Assembly (NCBI GenBank): GCA_036557285.1
Contig: DATBHW010000042.1
Location: 59,412 to 123,411, forward strand
Reading direction: 5' to 3'
Origin: Ktedonobacterales bacterium
GTDB lineage: Bacteria; Chloroflexota; Ktedonobacteria; Ktedonobacterales; DATBGS01
DNA: 64,000 nucleotides
Program-made: the position numbers and the translations under genes
The notes under the pieces: generated by a model
The model's input: the letters and a program-made list of their open reading frames with translations, nothing else
What the model was told of the DNA's origin: nothing
The model's database searches: none
Part shown: piece by piece, positions 47,908 through 56,173 of the stretch
How positions within the stretch are numbered: the first letter of the stretch is position 1
Layout: every line of letters begins with the position of its first letter

Positions 47908-50229
47908 TCATATATTGCCGCTTGTATTGCCGCTGCCGTTATGAAGCGCCTGGAAAACGCGCTCCGGTGTCATCGGAATCTGCGTCACCCGCGCGCCAGT
48001 GGCATTGGCAATAGCGTTGGCAATCACAGCAGCCCCCGGAATGACTGGTGGCTCGCCAACGCCCTTCGCCCCAAAGGGACCATTCGACGAAGCCACCTCA
48101 ACCAGCATCGTATCAATCTTCGGCGCAACTCTCGCGCCCGGAATGGCATATTCCATGAAGCTGCTGTTCAATAACTGGCCCTGCTGATCGTAGAGCATCT
48201 GCTCGTAGAGCGCCCAGCCCAACCCCTGCACAATCCCGCCCATCATCTGCCCCTCCACTTCGGCAGGGTTGATAGCAAAGCCGACATCCTGCGCCGCCGC
48301 ATACTCCAGCACCGATGCCTGCCCAGTCTCAGAGTCCACCGCCACCCGTGCTACATGCGCTGTGAACATCGGCGCGCCACCTGTGATCGCCACCGAGCCA
48401 CGTCCAAAGACCGGCTCATAACGTGCGCCAAAGCTCATCGTCTGGGTAGCAATATCGCTGAGATCGATGCCCCGCGCAGCCGCGCCGCGCACCTGAACAC
48501 GCCCTGGCAGCAGTTCTAGATCGCCCGTCGCGGCTTCCAGCCTGTCTGCGGCAATGTCCAGAATCTGGCGGCGAGCATCTTCGGCGGCCTGTTTGACAGC
48601 AGCCCCAAGCGTATAGGTCACTTTGCTGCCGCCCGTTGCCCCCATAAACGGGGAGGCGTCGGTATCGGCATGCACCAGGCGAATTGATTCAGGAGACTGG
48701 TTCAGGATTTCAGCGGCAATCAGCTTCAGCGTCGTATCCGAGCCGGTAAGGTCCACCGACCCCACCACCAAGGTCAGCGTGCCATCACCATCCATACGGC
48801 AGGCAGCCGAAGCAGGCTCCAGACCACCGGGCCAGCCACCCACCGCCACACCGACCCCAATCTTGCGGCCCAGCGCGTCGGTCTCATTGGCGCGGCGATT
48901 CTTCCAGAGCGGATGCTCAGCAACCTTCTCCAGACATTGGCGCAGGCCAATCGCTGGAAAGGCCGGGCCGTCAGGCCGCTTATCGCCCTCGACAATCGCG
49001 TTGTGCAGGCGAAACTCCAGCGGGTCCAGCCCCAGCGCGTGCGCCAGAGCGTCCATATGTGATTCGATGGCAAAGGTCGCTTGTGGCGCGCCAGGCGCGC
49101 GATAAGCCCCTGATCCTGGCTTATGGGTAAGCACCTCATACCCGCGCAGGTCGAGATTGGGGCAGCGATAATAGCCGCCAACCATAATAGCCGCGATGCC
49201 AGCAGGCGCGCCAGGATACGCTCCGGCGTCAAAGACCAGCCGAGCCTGAAGCGCCGTTAGCGTGCCATCGCGTTTTGCCCCCGCCTTGATCGTAATGATG
49301 CTCTGTGGTGCAGGATTGCCCGCCAGAAAATCGTCGCTGCGCGTAAAGCTAAGCAGCACCGGCTTGCGCACCGCCACCGCCAGCGCAGCCACCAGCGGCT
49401 CCAGCAGAATAAACTTGCCGCCAAAACCACCACCTACCGGCATCGCCACCACCCGTATTTGATGCTCTGGAAGTTTGAGCGCGGCAGCAACCTCAGAGCG
49501 CGCGTAAAACATCGCCTGAGTGCTTGCCCACACCGTCACCTGGCCCAGCGGGTCTATCGCCGCTGCCACCGCCTGCGGTTCTATGTAGGTCTGATGAACC
49601 ATACTCGTGCGATAGGTCTCTTCCAGCACCACATCAGCCTCGCGGAATCCTTCTTCTACATCCCCGCGCTTGAAACGCGGATGAGAAGCAACATTGACGG
49701 AGAGGTCTTCTTTTTCGGCGTCCGCGTCCTCGGATTGCGCCACAGCAGCGTGCATCCCGGCTTCGGCATCGGCAGCCTCATGTGAAAGGTGCGGATGCAC
49801 AGGTGGCGCTCCAGGCAGCATAGCCACCAGCGGATCACTCACAGCGGCCAGCGGCTCGTAATCAATAGCCACCAGATCAGCCGCATCCTGGGCAACCGCC
49901 GGATCAGAAGCCAGGGCCATTGCTACCGGCTGCCCCCGGAACAGCACATAGTCATGAGCCAGCGGCGAGCGATGGCGCGAGGATTCATCCTCTCTGCTGC
50001 GGGTCATCGGCAGGTCATCAGCCGTCAGCACAGCAAAGACGCCAGGGAGCGCCAGCGCGGCGCTCTTATCAACGCTGCGAATGCGCGCGTGCGCATAGGG
50101 GCTGAGAATCGGGCGAGCATACAGCAGCCCATCAAGAGGGAGATCGGCGGTATAGCGGGTCTGCCCCGTGAGCTTTTCTGGCCCATCAACCCGGCGCACA
50201 GAATGTCCAAGGTAGGTATACTCTGGCAT
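47908..50229 (-). CDS. Xanthine-dehydrogenase-family molybdopterin-binding large subunit (aldehyde oxidase/CoxL-like)
   Basis: VRRVDGPEKLTGQTRYTADL, PVGGGFGGKF and GVGEPP. GAGGAA precedes the ATG at 50229. No [2Fe-2S] or FAD subunit gene is adjacent. Confidence 0.85.
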   Translation of the reverse strand: MPEYTYLGHSVRRVDGPEKLTGQTRYTADLPLDGLLYARPILSPYAHARIRSVDKSAALALPGVFAVLTADDLPMTRSREDESSRHRSPLAHDYVLFRGQPVAMALASDPAVAQDAADLVAIDYEPLAAVSDPLVAMLPGAPPVHPHLSHEAADAEAGMHAAVAQSEDADAEKEDLSVNVASHPRFKRGDVEEGFREADVVLEETYRTSMVHQTYIEPQAVAAAIDPLGQVTVWASTQAMFYARSEVAAALKLPEHQIRVVAMPVGGGFGGKFILLEPLVAALAVAVRKPVLLSFTRSDDFLAGNPAPQSIITIKAGAKRDGTLTALQARLVFDAGAYPGAPAGIAAIMVGGYYRCPNLDLRGYEVLTHKPGSGAYRAPGAPQATFAIESHMDALAHALGLDPLEFRLHNAIVEGDKRPDGPAFPAIGLRQCLEKVAEHPLWKNRRANETDALGRKIGVGVAVGGWPGGLEPASAACRMDGDGTLTLVVGSVDLTGSDTTLKLIAAEILNQSPESIRLVHADTDASPFMGATGGSKVTYTLGAAVKQAAEDARRQILDIAADRLEAATGDLELLPGRVQVRGAAARGIDLSDIATQTMSFGARYEPVFGRGSVAITGGAPMFTAHVARVAVDSETGQASVLEYAAAQDVGFAINPAEVEGQMMGGIVQGLGWALYEQMLYDQQGQLLNSSFMEYAIPGARVAPKIDTMLVEVASSNGPFGAKGVGEPPVIPGAAVIANAIANATGARVTQIPMTPERVFQALHNGSGNTSGNI

Positions 50230-50587
50230 GTTGCGCTTGTTCCTCACTTTACCAAAAATTGCCTGTCTTTTTTCCTTGACAGAAGGCATTGTAGTCCATG
50301 ACTTCGGGTGATCGCTAGCAGTTCATTCTACTGCAAGAACTGACACTATTGCCAGCGTTTCTTGCGGTTGCCCGTAAATGGGCGCAATCTGGCCGCCAAA
50401 TTACCCCCTTGTGCTTGCTCAGTAGCTCTGCTAAGATTTTGCCCGAAGCAGACGCGCAAGCCTCGGACGGACCTGGGGGGCAGCGCGCGGTCAGGGCGTG
50501 GAAAAGGATCACGCGCCGCCTTGAGCGCGGCACGCTTCGCCTCTATTGAACATACTGTTGCCTGCAACGCAGGAAAGGAATGCGGCA

Positions 50588-52279
50588 ATGGCCAGCAAAA
50601 ATCCAGAGAAGGATGCACAGGAAAGCACAGCGGATACCAAGATAGAGGTAGCCGTGCTGGCGGATAACAGCGGAGCGGAGGGGCAGGCCGAAGTGGTCGT
50701 GGATGAGGCTGGGGAGCATGCGGAGCAGCTAGAAATAGATCGTCCTGAGGCGACGGCAGAGGAGGCAGCGAGCGCAGAGAGCGGTGAGCAGGAAGCGCCC
50801 GATGAAGCTGAAGCCAACGTCCTCGTTGTCAGCGCCGCTGCAAGTGGCGAAGACGAACAATCAGAAACATTAGCGGAACTCGCGGACGAACTGCCCGCCG
50901 ATGCGTCTTCAGACGAAGAATCCCATGCTGAACCCGAAGGCGCTGAAGCGGAACCCAGCGAGGCCGCTGAAGCAACAGAGGAACAGGCTGCCGAAGAGCC
51001 AGCAGCCGAAGAAGCAGCAGCGGTAGCTGAGGCAGAGAGCGCAGCCGCAGAGGCGGAAGCGCCCAGCATGGAAGCTGAAGCCGCCGAAGCGAGCGAAGAA
51101 GCAGCAGCGGCTGAGGAAGCTGCCGAAGCAGTGGCTGAAGTATCTGCTATGGAGGAAGCCCCTGCGGAAGCTGAGGCTGCCGAAGTTGAAGCGGAAGCCC
51201 CTGCGGCAGAAGCCGAAGCGGCTGAAGCAGCCGAGGAGGCGCCTGCGGCTGAGGAGGCTGAAGCCGTTGCGGCGGCTGAAGAAACTCCTGCGGCTGAGGA
51301 GGCCGAAGCTCCTGTCTCCGAAACCGAAGCGGCTGCCGAGGCTGCAACACTGGAGGAAGCGGCTGAAGTCTTTGAGGAGGCCATCGCAGAAATCAGGGAA
51401 GCGATAGAGGCAGCCGAGGAGGCACACGCCGAGGCCGAAGCGGAAGCCGCCCCGGAAGCAGCGGCTGAGATGGAAGCCGAGTCTGCCGAAGCAGCGGCTG
51501 AAGTCGAGGAGGCAGCCGAGGCTGTAGCCGAAACTGAGGAAGAAGCCGAAGCAGTAGCCGAGGTCGAAGCTGAGGAAGAAGCCGAAGAGGTAGCCGAGGT
51601 AACTGCTGAAGCCGAAGCCATCGCTGAAGAAACAGCAGTGGTAGCTGAGGCCGAAGCCGTCGCCGAGGCCGCTCAAGAGGCAATAGAGGAGGCCGAGGTC
51701 CAGACCGAAGCCGCCCAAGAAGCAGAGGCCGAAGCTGAGGTTCCTTCAGCAGAGGCAGAGGAAGCAGAGGCAGTGGCCGAAGCGCCCGCAGCGGAAGAAG
51801 CCGCCGCTGAAGCCGAACCTGCCGCTGAGGCAGAGGAAGCGCCAGCAGAAGAGCCTGCCCCCGCAGCAGCGAGCGCAGAGGCCGCGCGAGAACCCGTCAC
51901 GATTGTTGCCCATCAATTGATCGCCGTCGGGCCGAACCGCGAACCCCGTATTCTGCTGCACCGTTATCACGGGCGAACCGGTCAGCCCCTGGGTGGAGCG
52001 CCTATGCTCTGGGATACCGCCCGCGCCGCTCGCTTCTTCCATCAAAAAGCGGTCAGCGGCCAGGCAAGCGGGCATGAAACGCTCGTGCATATCCCTGAAG
52101 AGCAAACTGTCGTCATCATGGCTGGTGATGGCGACATCATCAGCGTCCATGAAGAGGTTGCCAGAGCCATCTTCCCAGCCATCGCGCAGCATCGCGCGTC
52201 CTGGGCAGAAGAGCAATGGGACATCCCAGCCGAATATCACCAGGCATCCCCCGCCCTCTCATTCGATGATTGGGCATAA
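50588..52279 (+). CDS. Polyanionic Glu/Ala-rich low-complexity protein with a globular C-terminal domain of about 130 aa
   Basis: ATG at 50588 after GGAAAGGAA. Roughly 430 residues are almost only E, A, plus some V/P/T/S (..AEAEAAEVEAEAPAAEAEAAEAAEEAPAAEE..). After the first ~50 residues I see only one basic residue (R in EIREAI). The C-terminal part begins EPVTIVAHQLIAVGPNREPRILLHRYHGRTG... Confidence 0.7.
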   Translation: MASKNPEKDAQESTADTKIEVAVLADNSGAEGQAEVVVDEAGEHAEQLEIDRPEATAEEAASAESGEQEAPDEAEANVLVVSAAASGEDEQSETLAELADELPADASSDEESHAEPEGAEAEPSEAAEATEEQAAEEPAAEEAAAVAEAESAAAEAEAPSMEAEAAEASEEAAAAEEAAEAVAEVSAMEEAPAEAEAAEVEAEAPAAEAEAAEAAEEAPAAEEAEAVAAAEETPAAEEAEAPVSETEAAAEAATLEEAAEVFEEAIAEIREAIEAAEEAHAEAEAEAAPEAAAEMEAESAEAAAEVEEAAEAVAETEEEAEAVAEVEAEEEAEEVAEVTAEAEAIAEETAVVAEAEAVAEAAQEAIEEAEVQTEAAQEAEAEAEVPSAEAEEAEAVAEAPAAEEAAAEAEPAAEAEEAPAEEPAPAAASAEAAREPVTIVAHQLIAVGPNREPRILLHRYHGRTGQPLGGAPMLWDTARAARFFHQKAVSGQASGHETLVHIPEEQTVVIMAGDGDIISVHEEVARAIFPAIAQHRASWAEEQWDIPAEYHQASPALSFDDWA

Positions 52280-52339
52280 CGCACAAGAACACAATATCGG
52301 CCCAGTAGCGCATCTTTTTTAGTGCGAACAACGCTCATC

Positions 52340-52656
52340 TCTTGCCTCCTGCAAAGCACAACGGCGTGCTATACGCAGCGCAAAAGAGAAGCACCAAGTC
52401 GGTGAGGAGCAGGAAAGCGCCCGGCGGCTCTATGCCCAACGGACGCCGATAGATGAGAGCTTCGGCTGATAAGACACCGGGGCGCAACCTCGCGCCAGGG
52501 ACATCTATGTCGTACTGCGCTGCGGCCCAAACACACCGCACCAGACGAGCATGAGGCAGAAACGCCTGCCCAACCGGGCGACGAAGCGCCACCGGCGCTC
52601 AGTTGTAAGAAGCGTATCTCTATCCAGAACCAACCGGAATGAAACAGAAGACAAAA
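52340..52656 (+). ncRNA. Candidate structured noncoding RNA or long 3' UTR (unclassified)
   Basis: About 320 nt with no credible ORF on either strand. Many local hairpins: AGCACaacggcGUGCU, AGCuucgGCU, GGCGCaaccucGCGCC, AGCGCCaccGGCGCU. It ends at a strong terminator hairpin. Confidence 0.25.
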
Positions 52657-52699
52657 ACGGCAGCAGTGTTTCCACGCCCGCACTGCTGCCGTCTTTTTG
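52657..52699 (+). terminator. Strong bidirectional-looking intrinsic terminator
   Basis: ACGGCAGCAGTG, 12-nt loop, CACTGCTGCCGT, then CTTTTTG. An A-run (ACAAAAA) lies upstream. Confidence 0.65.
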
Positions 52700-52713
52700 C
52701 AAGTAATTTCTTC

Positions 52714-52743
52714 TTGACGTTTTGTTGGCCGGTGTGATAGAGT
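52714..52743 (+). promoter_or_regulatory. Candidate promoter of the aspS leader
   Basis: TTGACG (52714-52719), 18-nt spacer, TAGAGT (52738-52743), about 20 nt before Stem I. Confidence 0.4.
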
Positions 52744-52762
52744 CACATTACAAGAAAGAAAC

Positions 52763-53147
52763 GGCTGTGATGGGGACGGGTTCGGAGGCTACACAGCGTT
52801 CAGAGAGCGATGTCCTGGCTGAGAACAGCGCCGCTGCTCCTCTCGAATGACCCCCCTGAGCCAACCAGTGAACTGGCTTAGAGCGCCTCACACAACCTCC
52901 ACACGAGCAGGGGCGGGGTTGTAGCGCCGTCCTGCCAGGCGGCAGGGGTGGGGCCAACCGCCGGTTTTGTGAGGCATTCTTAGCTGCGCCATAGTAACTG
53001 GCTTCGGCAGCGCCCGTTATCGCGCGATGGTTTCTTGCTTCCCCTTGAACAGAAGCATCAACCGCTGAGGCCCCACGTTGGGGCAAATGGTGGTGGTACC
53101 ACGATACGGCTGTACGCCCTCGTCCTCCAAACGGACGAGGGCTTTTT
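52763..53147 (+). promoter_or_regulatory. T-box riboswitch leader of aspS, interrupted by a MITE
   Basis: Stem I spans 52763-52862. It has a K-turn (GGC-UGU-GA-UGGGG ... CCCC-U-GA-GCC), an AG bulge AGAGAG at 52802-52807, a distal loop CCUGGCUGAGA and specifier-loop sequence GAAUGACC. The T-box sequence AAAUGGUGGUGGUACCACG is at 53085-53103. The terminator GCCCUCGUCC/GGACGAGGGC plus U5 is at 53116-53147. Confidence 0.7.
52877..52983. repeat. 107-bp MITE-like element, copy 3 (inside the T-box leader)
   Basis: CTTAGAGCGCCTCACACAACC...GGTTTTGTGAGGCATTCTTAG. It starts 15 nt after Stem I. Confidence 0.85.
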
Positions 53148-53289
53148 GTCGCTCGCACAGAGCTGGAGCAACGATATGCGTGACAACGATCTTCGGGAAG
53201 GCGTCTAACGCCCTGCCTGGCCTGCCCAGGACGCCCTTCCCAATCACTCCAGGGCAGGCAAACATCACTGAAGACAGGGAGGGATTTGC

Positions 53290-54597
53290 ATGCAGCGTAT
53301 TCGCACAACTGAGGCTCGCGCACACCAGGGCGAGCGCGTTTCTGTCGCTGGCTGGCTCCATTCACTCCGACGCCTGGGAGCCGTGAACTTTCTCGTCATT
53401 CGTGACGGCTGGGGGACCATCCAGGCCGTCGCAGAGAGCGAAGCTGAATTAGCGCCGCTCCTGGCAGAAGAGGCAGGCGTAGAAACTGTTCTGGCAATCG
53501 AAGGGCTGGTTGTCAGCAATGCGCAGGCTCCTGGCGGCTGTGAATTGCACGAATTGTCCATCAAGCTGATCGCGCCGGTCACTGAAGCGCCTCCGGTAAC
53601 GATCAGCAAGCGCGCCGTCAAGGCCAGCCAGAGTACCATCCTCGACCATGCCGTCGTCACAAACCGCCATCCAGAGCGGCGCGCCATCCTTCAACTCGGC
53701 GCAGGCGTCCTGGCTGGCTTCCGGGCTGCCCTGGGAGAGCAAGGCTTTACCGAGATACAAACGCCCAAGATCGTTGCCTCCGCCACCGAAAGCGGCGCAA
53801 ACGTCTTTTGCCTCGACTATTTTGGGCGGCCAGCCTATCTGGCACAAAGTCCGCAGTTTTACAAGCAGATCATGGTGGGCGTCTTCGAGCGCGTCTTCGA
53901 GGTTGGCCCAGTCTTTCGCGCAGAGCCACATGATACCGCGCGCCATATCAACGAATATGTGAGCCTGGATGTGGAGTTTGGCTTTATCGAAAGCCATCAT
54001 ACCGTGATGGCGCTTTTACGCGACCTGCTGGCGAGCATCTTTACAACATTGGCACAGCGCCATGCTGACGAGCTAGCCCTACTGGAGACGAAGCTGCCCG
54101 CTGTGCCTGTCGAGATTCCCAGCATTCACTTCAGCGACGCCCAGGAACTCATCTACCAGCGTCATGGCGCCGACGTGCGTGGCGAACCCGACCTTTCGCC
54201 CCAGGACGAGCGCCGACTTGGCGAATGGGCGCGTGAACAATTCGGCAGCGATTTCCTGTATGTGATCGGCTACCCGATGCGCAAACGCCCATTCTATACA
54301 CATCCAGACCCATCGCGTCCAGAATATTCCAACTCATTCGACTTGATCTTCCGGGGCATGGAACTGGCTACAGGTGGGCAGCGCCTGCATCGCTACGCCG
54401 ATTACATTGCGGCGCTGGAGGCAGCGCATTTGCCCATCGAACCATTCGAGGCGTATATCGAAGCGTTCCGTTACGGCATGCCGCCACATGGAGGGTTTGC
54501 CTTCGGCCTGGAGCGTTTGTTGATGCAGCTTACTGGCGTCTCAAACATCAAGCTGGCTGCACTCTTCCCCCGCGACCTTGCGCGGCTTACACCCTAA
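53290..54597 (+). CDS. aspS: Aspartate--tRNA ligase, type 2 (archaeal/eukaryotic-like; possibly non-discriminating)
   Basis: 435 aa. OB-fold N-terminus VSVAGWLHSLRRLGAVNFLVIRD. Motif 2: VGPVFRAEPHDTARHINEY. Motif 3: GGFAFGLERL. GGGAGGG RBS. Confidence 0.9.
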   Translation: MQRIRTTEARAHQGERVSVAGWLHSLRRLGAVNFLVIRDGWGTIQAVAESEAELAPLLAEEAGVETVLAIEGLVVSNAQAPGGCELHELSIKLIAPVTEAPPVTISKRAVKASQSTILDHAVVTNRHPERRAILQLGAGVLAGFRAALGEQGFTEIQTPKIVASATESGANVFCLDYFGRPAYLAQSPQFYKQIMVGVFERVFEVGPVFRAEPHDTARHINEYVSLDVEFGFIESHHTVMALLRDLLASIFTTLAQRHADELALLETKLPAVPVEIPSIHFSDAQELIYQRHGADVRGEPDLSPQDERRLGEWAREQFGSDFLYVIGYPMRKRPFYTHPDPSRPEYSNSFDLIFRGMELATGGQRLHRYADYIAALEAAHLPIEPFEAYIEAFRYGMPPHGGFAFGLERLLMQLTGVSNIKLAALFPRDLARLTP

Positions 54598-54691
54598 CCA
54601 CTCAGAACAAGGATGCCAGACGTTGCGCGCGCCTGGTATCCTCTTTTGTAGAGAGCGTGATACCCTGTCAGAAGGGAGATGAGAGCGAGCC

Positions 54692-55129
54692 ATGAAACCC
54701 TCAAGGCAAGGAACAGACAGCCGCGCGAAAAAGGGGCTGCTCTGGTTGTGGACACTGGCCGCCGGATTGGTAGGCGTGGGCGTCGGGCTGCTGGTGTTGA
54801 TCTTCGAGCATGCCCCCATGAACGACACCCCTGCAACCCCCCAGGAAATCTTTGTCTTTATGCAAGCCGCGCTCTTGCTGGGCTTTGGGGCGGGCCTGGT
54901 CTCACCCTCCGCCTGGGTCGGCAAGCGCGGCTCAGCCGCCCTGGCTGGATTGCTAGGCAGCGCGGCGCTCTTCCTGATCGTCGCTGTACAGGTGGTAGAC
55001 GCTGGCAATGGCACTGCGCTTTTCTTTGGCTGCTTCACTCTGCCCTTCCTGCTGGTCAGTGTCCTGGGCGGAATCTTCGGCTCCTGGATTGGCGCGCTGC
55101 TGGCCGATATGCGCAGAGGCGAAGGATAA
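54692..55129 (+). CDS. Small integral membrane protein (about 4 TM segments)
   Basis: Four hydrophobic segments (LLWLWTLAAGLVGVGVGLLVLIF, FVFMQAALLLGFGAGLV, ALAGLLGSAALFLIVAV, FFGCFTLPFLLVSVLGGIFGSWIGALL). Confidence 0.6.
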   Translation: MKPSRQGTDSRAKKGLLWLWTLAAGLVGVGVGLLVLIFEHAPMNDTPATPQEIFVFMQAALLLGFGAGLVSPSAWVGKRGSAALAGLLGSAALFLIVAVQVVDAGNGTALFFGCFTLPFLLVSVLGGIFGSWIGALLADMRRGEG

Positions 55130-55252
55130 CGAAGAGTGAAGGCTTCCAGGGCGCCGTCCAGACAATCTCTTGACCTCCTGTGTATCAATATGATAGGCTC
55201 TGTCCTGTAATCAAGCGGCTATGCTTGCACCCCACAGCAGAAAAGAAGGCAT

Positions 55253-55963
55253 ATGTTGATGCTCAAAGGTCTCGATCAAGACGATCTGGCCCACTGGAAC
55301 CCTGTCCAGCTTGCCCAGCGGTGCGCTGTCGAGCAGCAGCACTATCACCAGCATGTTCCTTCTGATGATCGCTACTGCCTTGAGCTATTTCTACGCGCCA
55401 TCCACCAGCGCGATGAGCTTGCCTGGAAACTGATTGCCGATCAATTCAGCGGGACAGTGCTGGGCTGGCTGCGTCAGCATCCCTGCGCCAGCCGGCTCCG
55501 AAATCAAGAAGAACCAGATGCCTACGTGAGCGCCGCCTTCAGCAAGTTCTGGCTGGCAACTGCCTCTCCTGGGGCCACCACCCCTGACTTTCGGACACTG
55601 GCAAGCGTCCTCGCCTATCTGCGTAGTTGTCTCAACAGCGTCGTGCTGGACGAAATGCGGCAACTCAAGACCCGCTCGCGCGAAGGGCCGCTGGAGGATA
55701 TGAGCGACACAGCAGTAGATGAACCTTTGCGCCAGTCGGTTCAGGAACTCTGGACCGTCATCGAGCGCGCCCTGCCAGACCGGCGGGAACAGCGTCTGGT
55801 CTATCTCCTCTTTGTGCTTGACCTCAAACCGCGCGACGTGGTACGAATAGCTCCACAAGATTTTCCTACCGCGCAAGAGGTATACCGGCTGACGCGCAAC
55901 GTCCTTGATCGCTTGCGCCGTAATCCCGCCCTGCGCGCCTGGGTGGAGGCTGATGATCTATAA
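55253..55963 (+). CDS. Sigma-70-family (ECF-like) sigma factor with an N-terminal extension
   Basis: Region-2-like: CLELFLRAIHQRDELAWKLIADQFSGTVLGWL..AFSKFWLA..AYLRSCLNSVVLDEMR. Region-4-like HTH: LPDRREQRLVYLLFVLDLKPRDVVRIAP..AQEVYRLTRNVLDRLRRN. Confidence 0.75.
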   Translation: MLMLKGLDQDDLAHWNPVQLAQRCAVEQQHYHQHVPSDDRYCLELFLRAIHQRDELAWKLIADQFSGTVLGWLRQHPCASRLRNQEEPDAYVSAAFSKFWLATASPGATTPDFRTLASVLAYLRSCLNSVVLDEMRQLKTRSREGPLEDMSDTAVDEPLRQSVQELWTVIERALPDRREQRLVYLLFVLDLKPRDVVRIAPQDFPTAQEVYRLTRNVLDRLRRNPALRAWVEADDL

Positions 55964-56173
55964 TATTCAGAAACCAGATGCAAAAAGAACGGGAGTGGCT
56001 CGTTCTTCTCAATACTGAGAGAGCGCGATACCTGGGCGCGTTTAGCCACCGCGCCGCTAGTGCGCTTTCTACCAGGAAGGATACGCGCCTCCGTCGGCAC
56101 CACGGCAGCCATAGGTAGCGATTCTACGAGGGGTTGTATCTTCCTCATATTTTGAGAAAAGGAGTACCCGACA

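Noticed and set aside
50509-51621. 370-aa minus-strand ORF encoding a Ser/Ala-rich polypeptide (ASASAVTSATSS...).
   Set aside because: It is the exact antisense mirror of the GAR/GCN codon periodicity of the Glu/Ala gene. It has no RBS-like sequence, it starts inside the intergenic region and it lacks any non-repetitive domain. The plus-strand frame has an RBS and a globular C-terminus.
50600-51900. Possible CRISPR array or tandem DNA repeat in the GAAGC/GAGGC-rich region.
   Set aside because: There are no regularly spaced identical repeats with unique spacers. The periodicity is 3 nt (codon-level low complexity) within one long open frame. No cas genes are in the window.
52340-52656. Is this RNase P RNA, SRP RNA, tmRNA or a cobalamin riboswitch?
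   Set aside because: There are partial look-alikes only (AGGAAAGCGCCCGGC versus GAGGAAAGUCCGGGC; CCGGAAUGAAACAG versus CCGGAAGGAAGCAG). The partner conserved regions and required pairings are absent. It is kept only as an unclassified candidate.
55170-55194. Promoter TTGACC ... TATGAT upstream of the sigma gene.
   Set aside because: The spacer is only 13 nt, and alternative -10 hexamers at proper spacing are poor. It is not reported as a feature.
55978-56118. 46-codon ORF in the sigma/zinc-finger intergenic gap (MQKEREWLVLLNTERARYLG...).
   Set aside because: It has no RBS-like sequence and no recognisable features. It could be revisited if the locus is studied, but it is not supportable from sequence alone.
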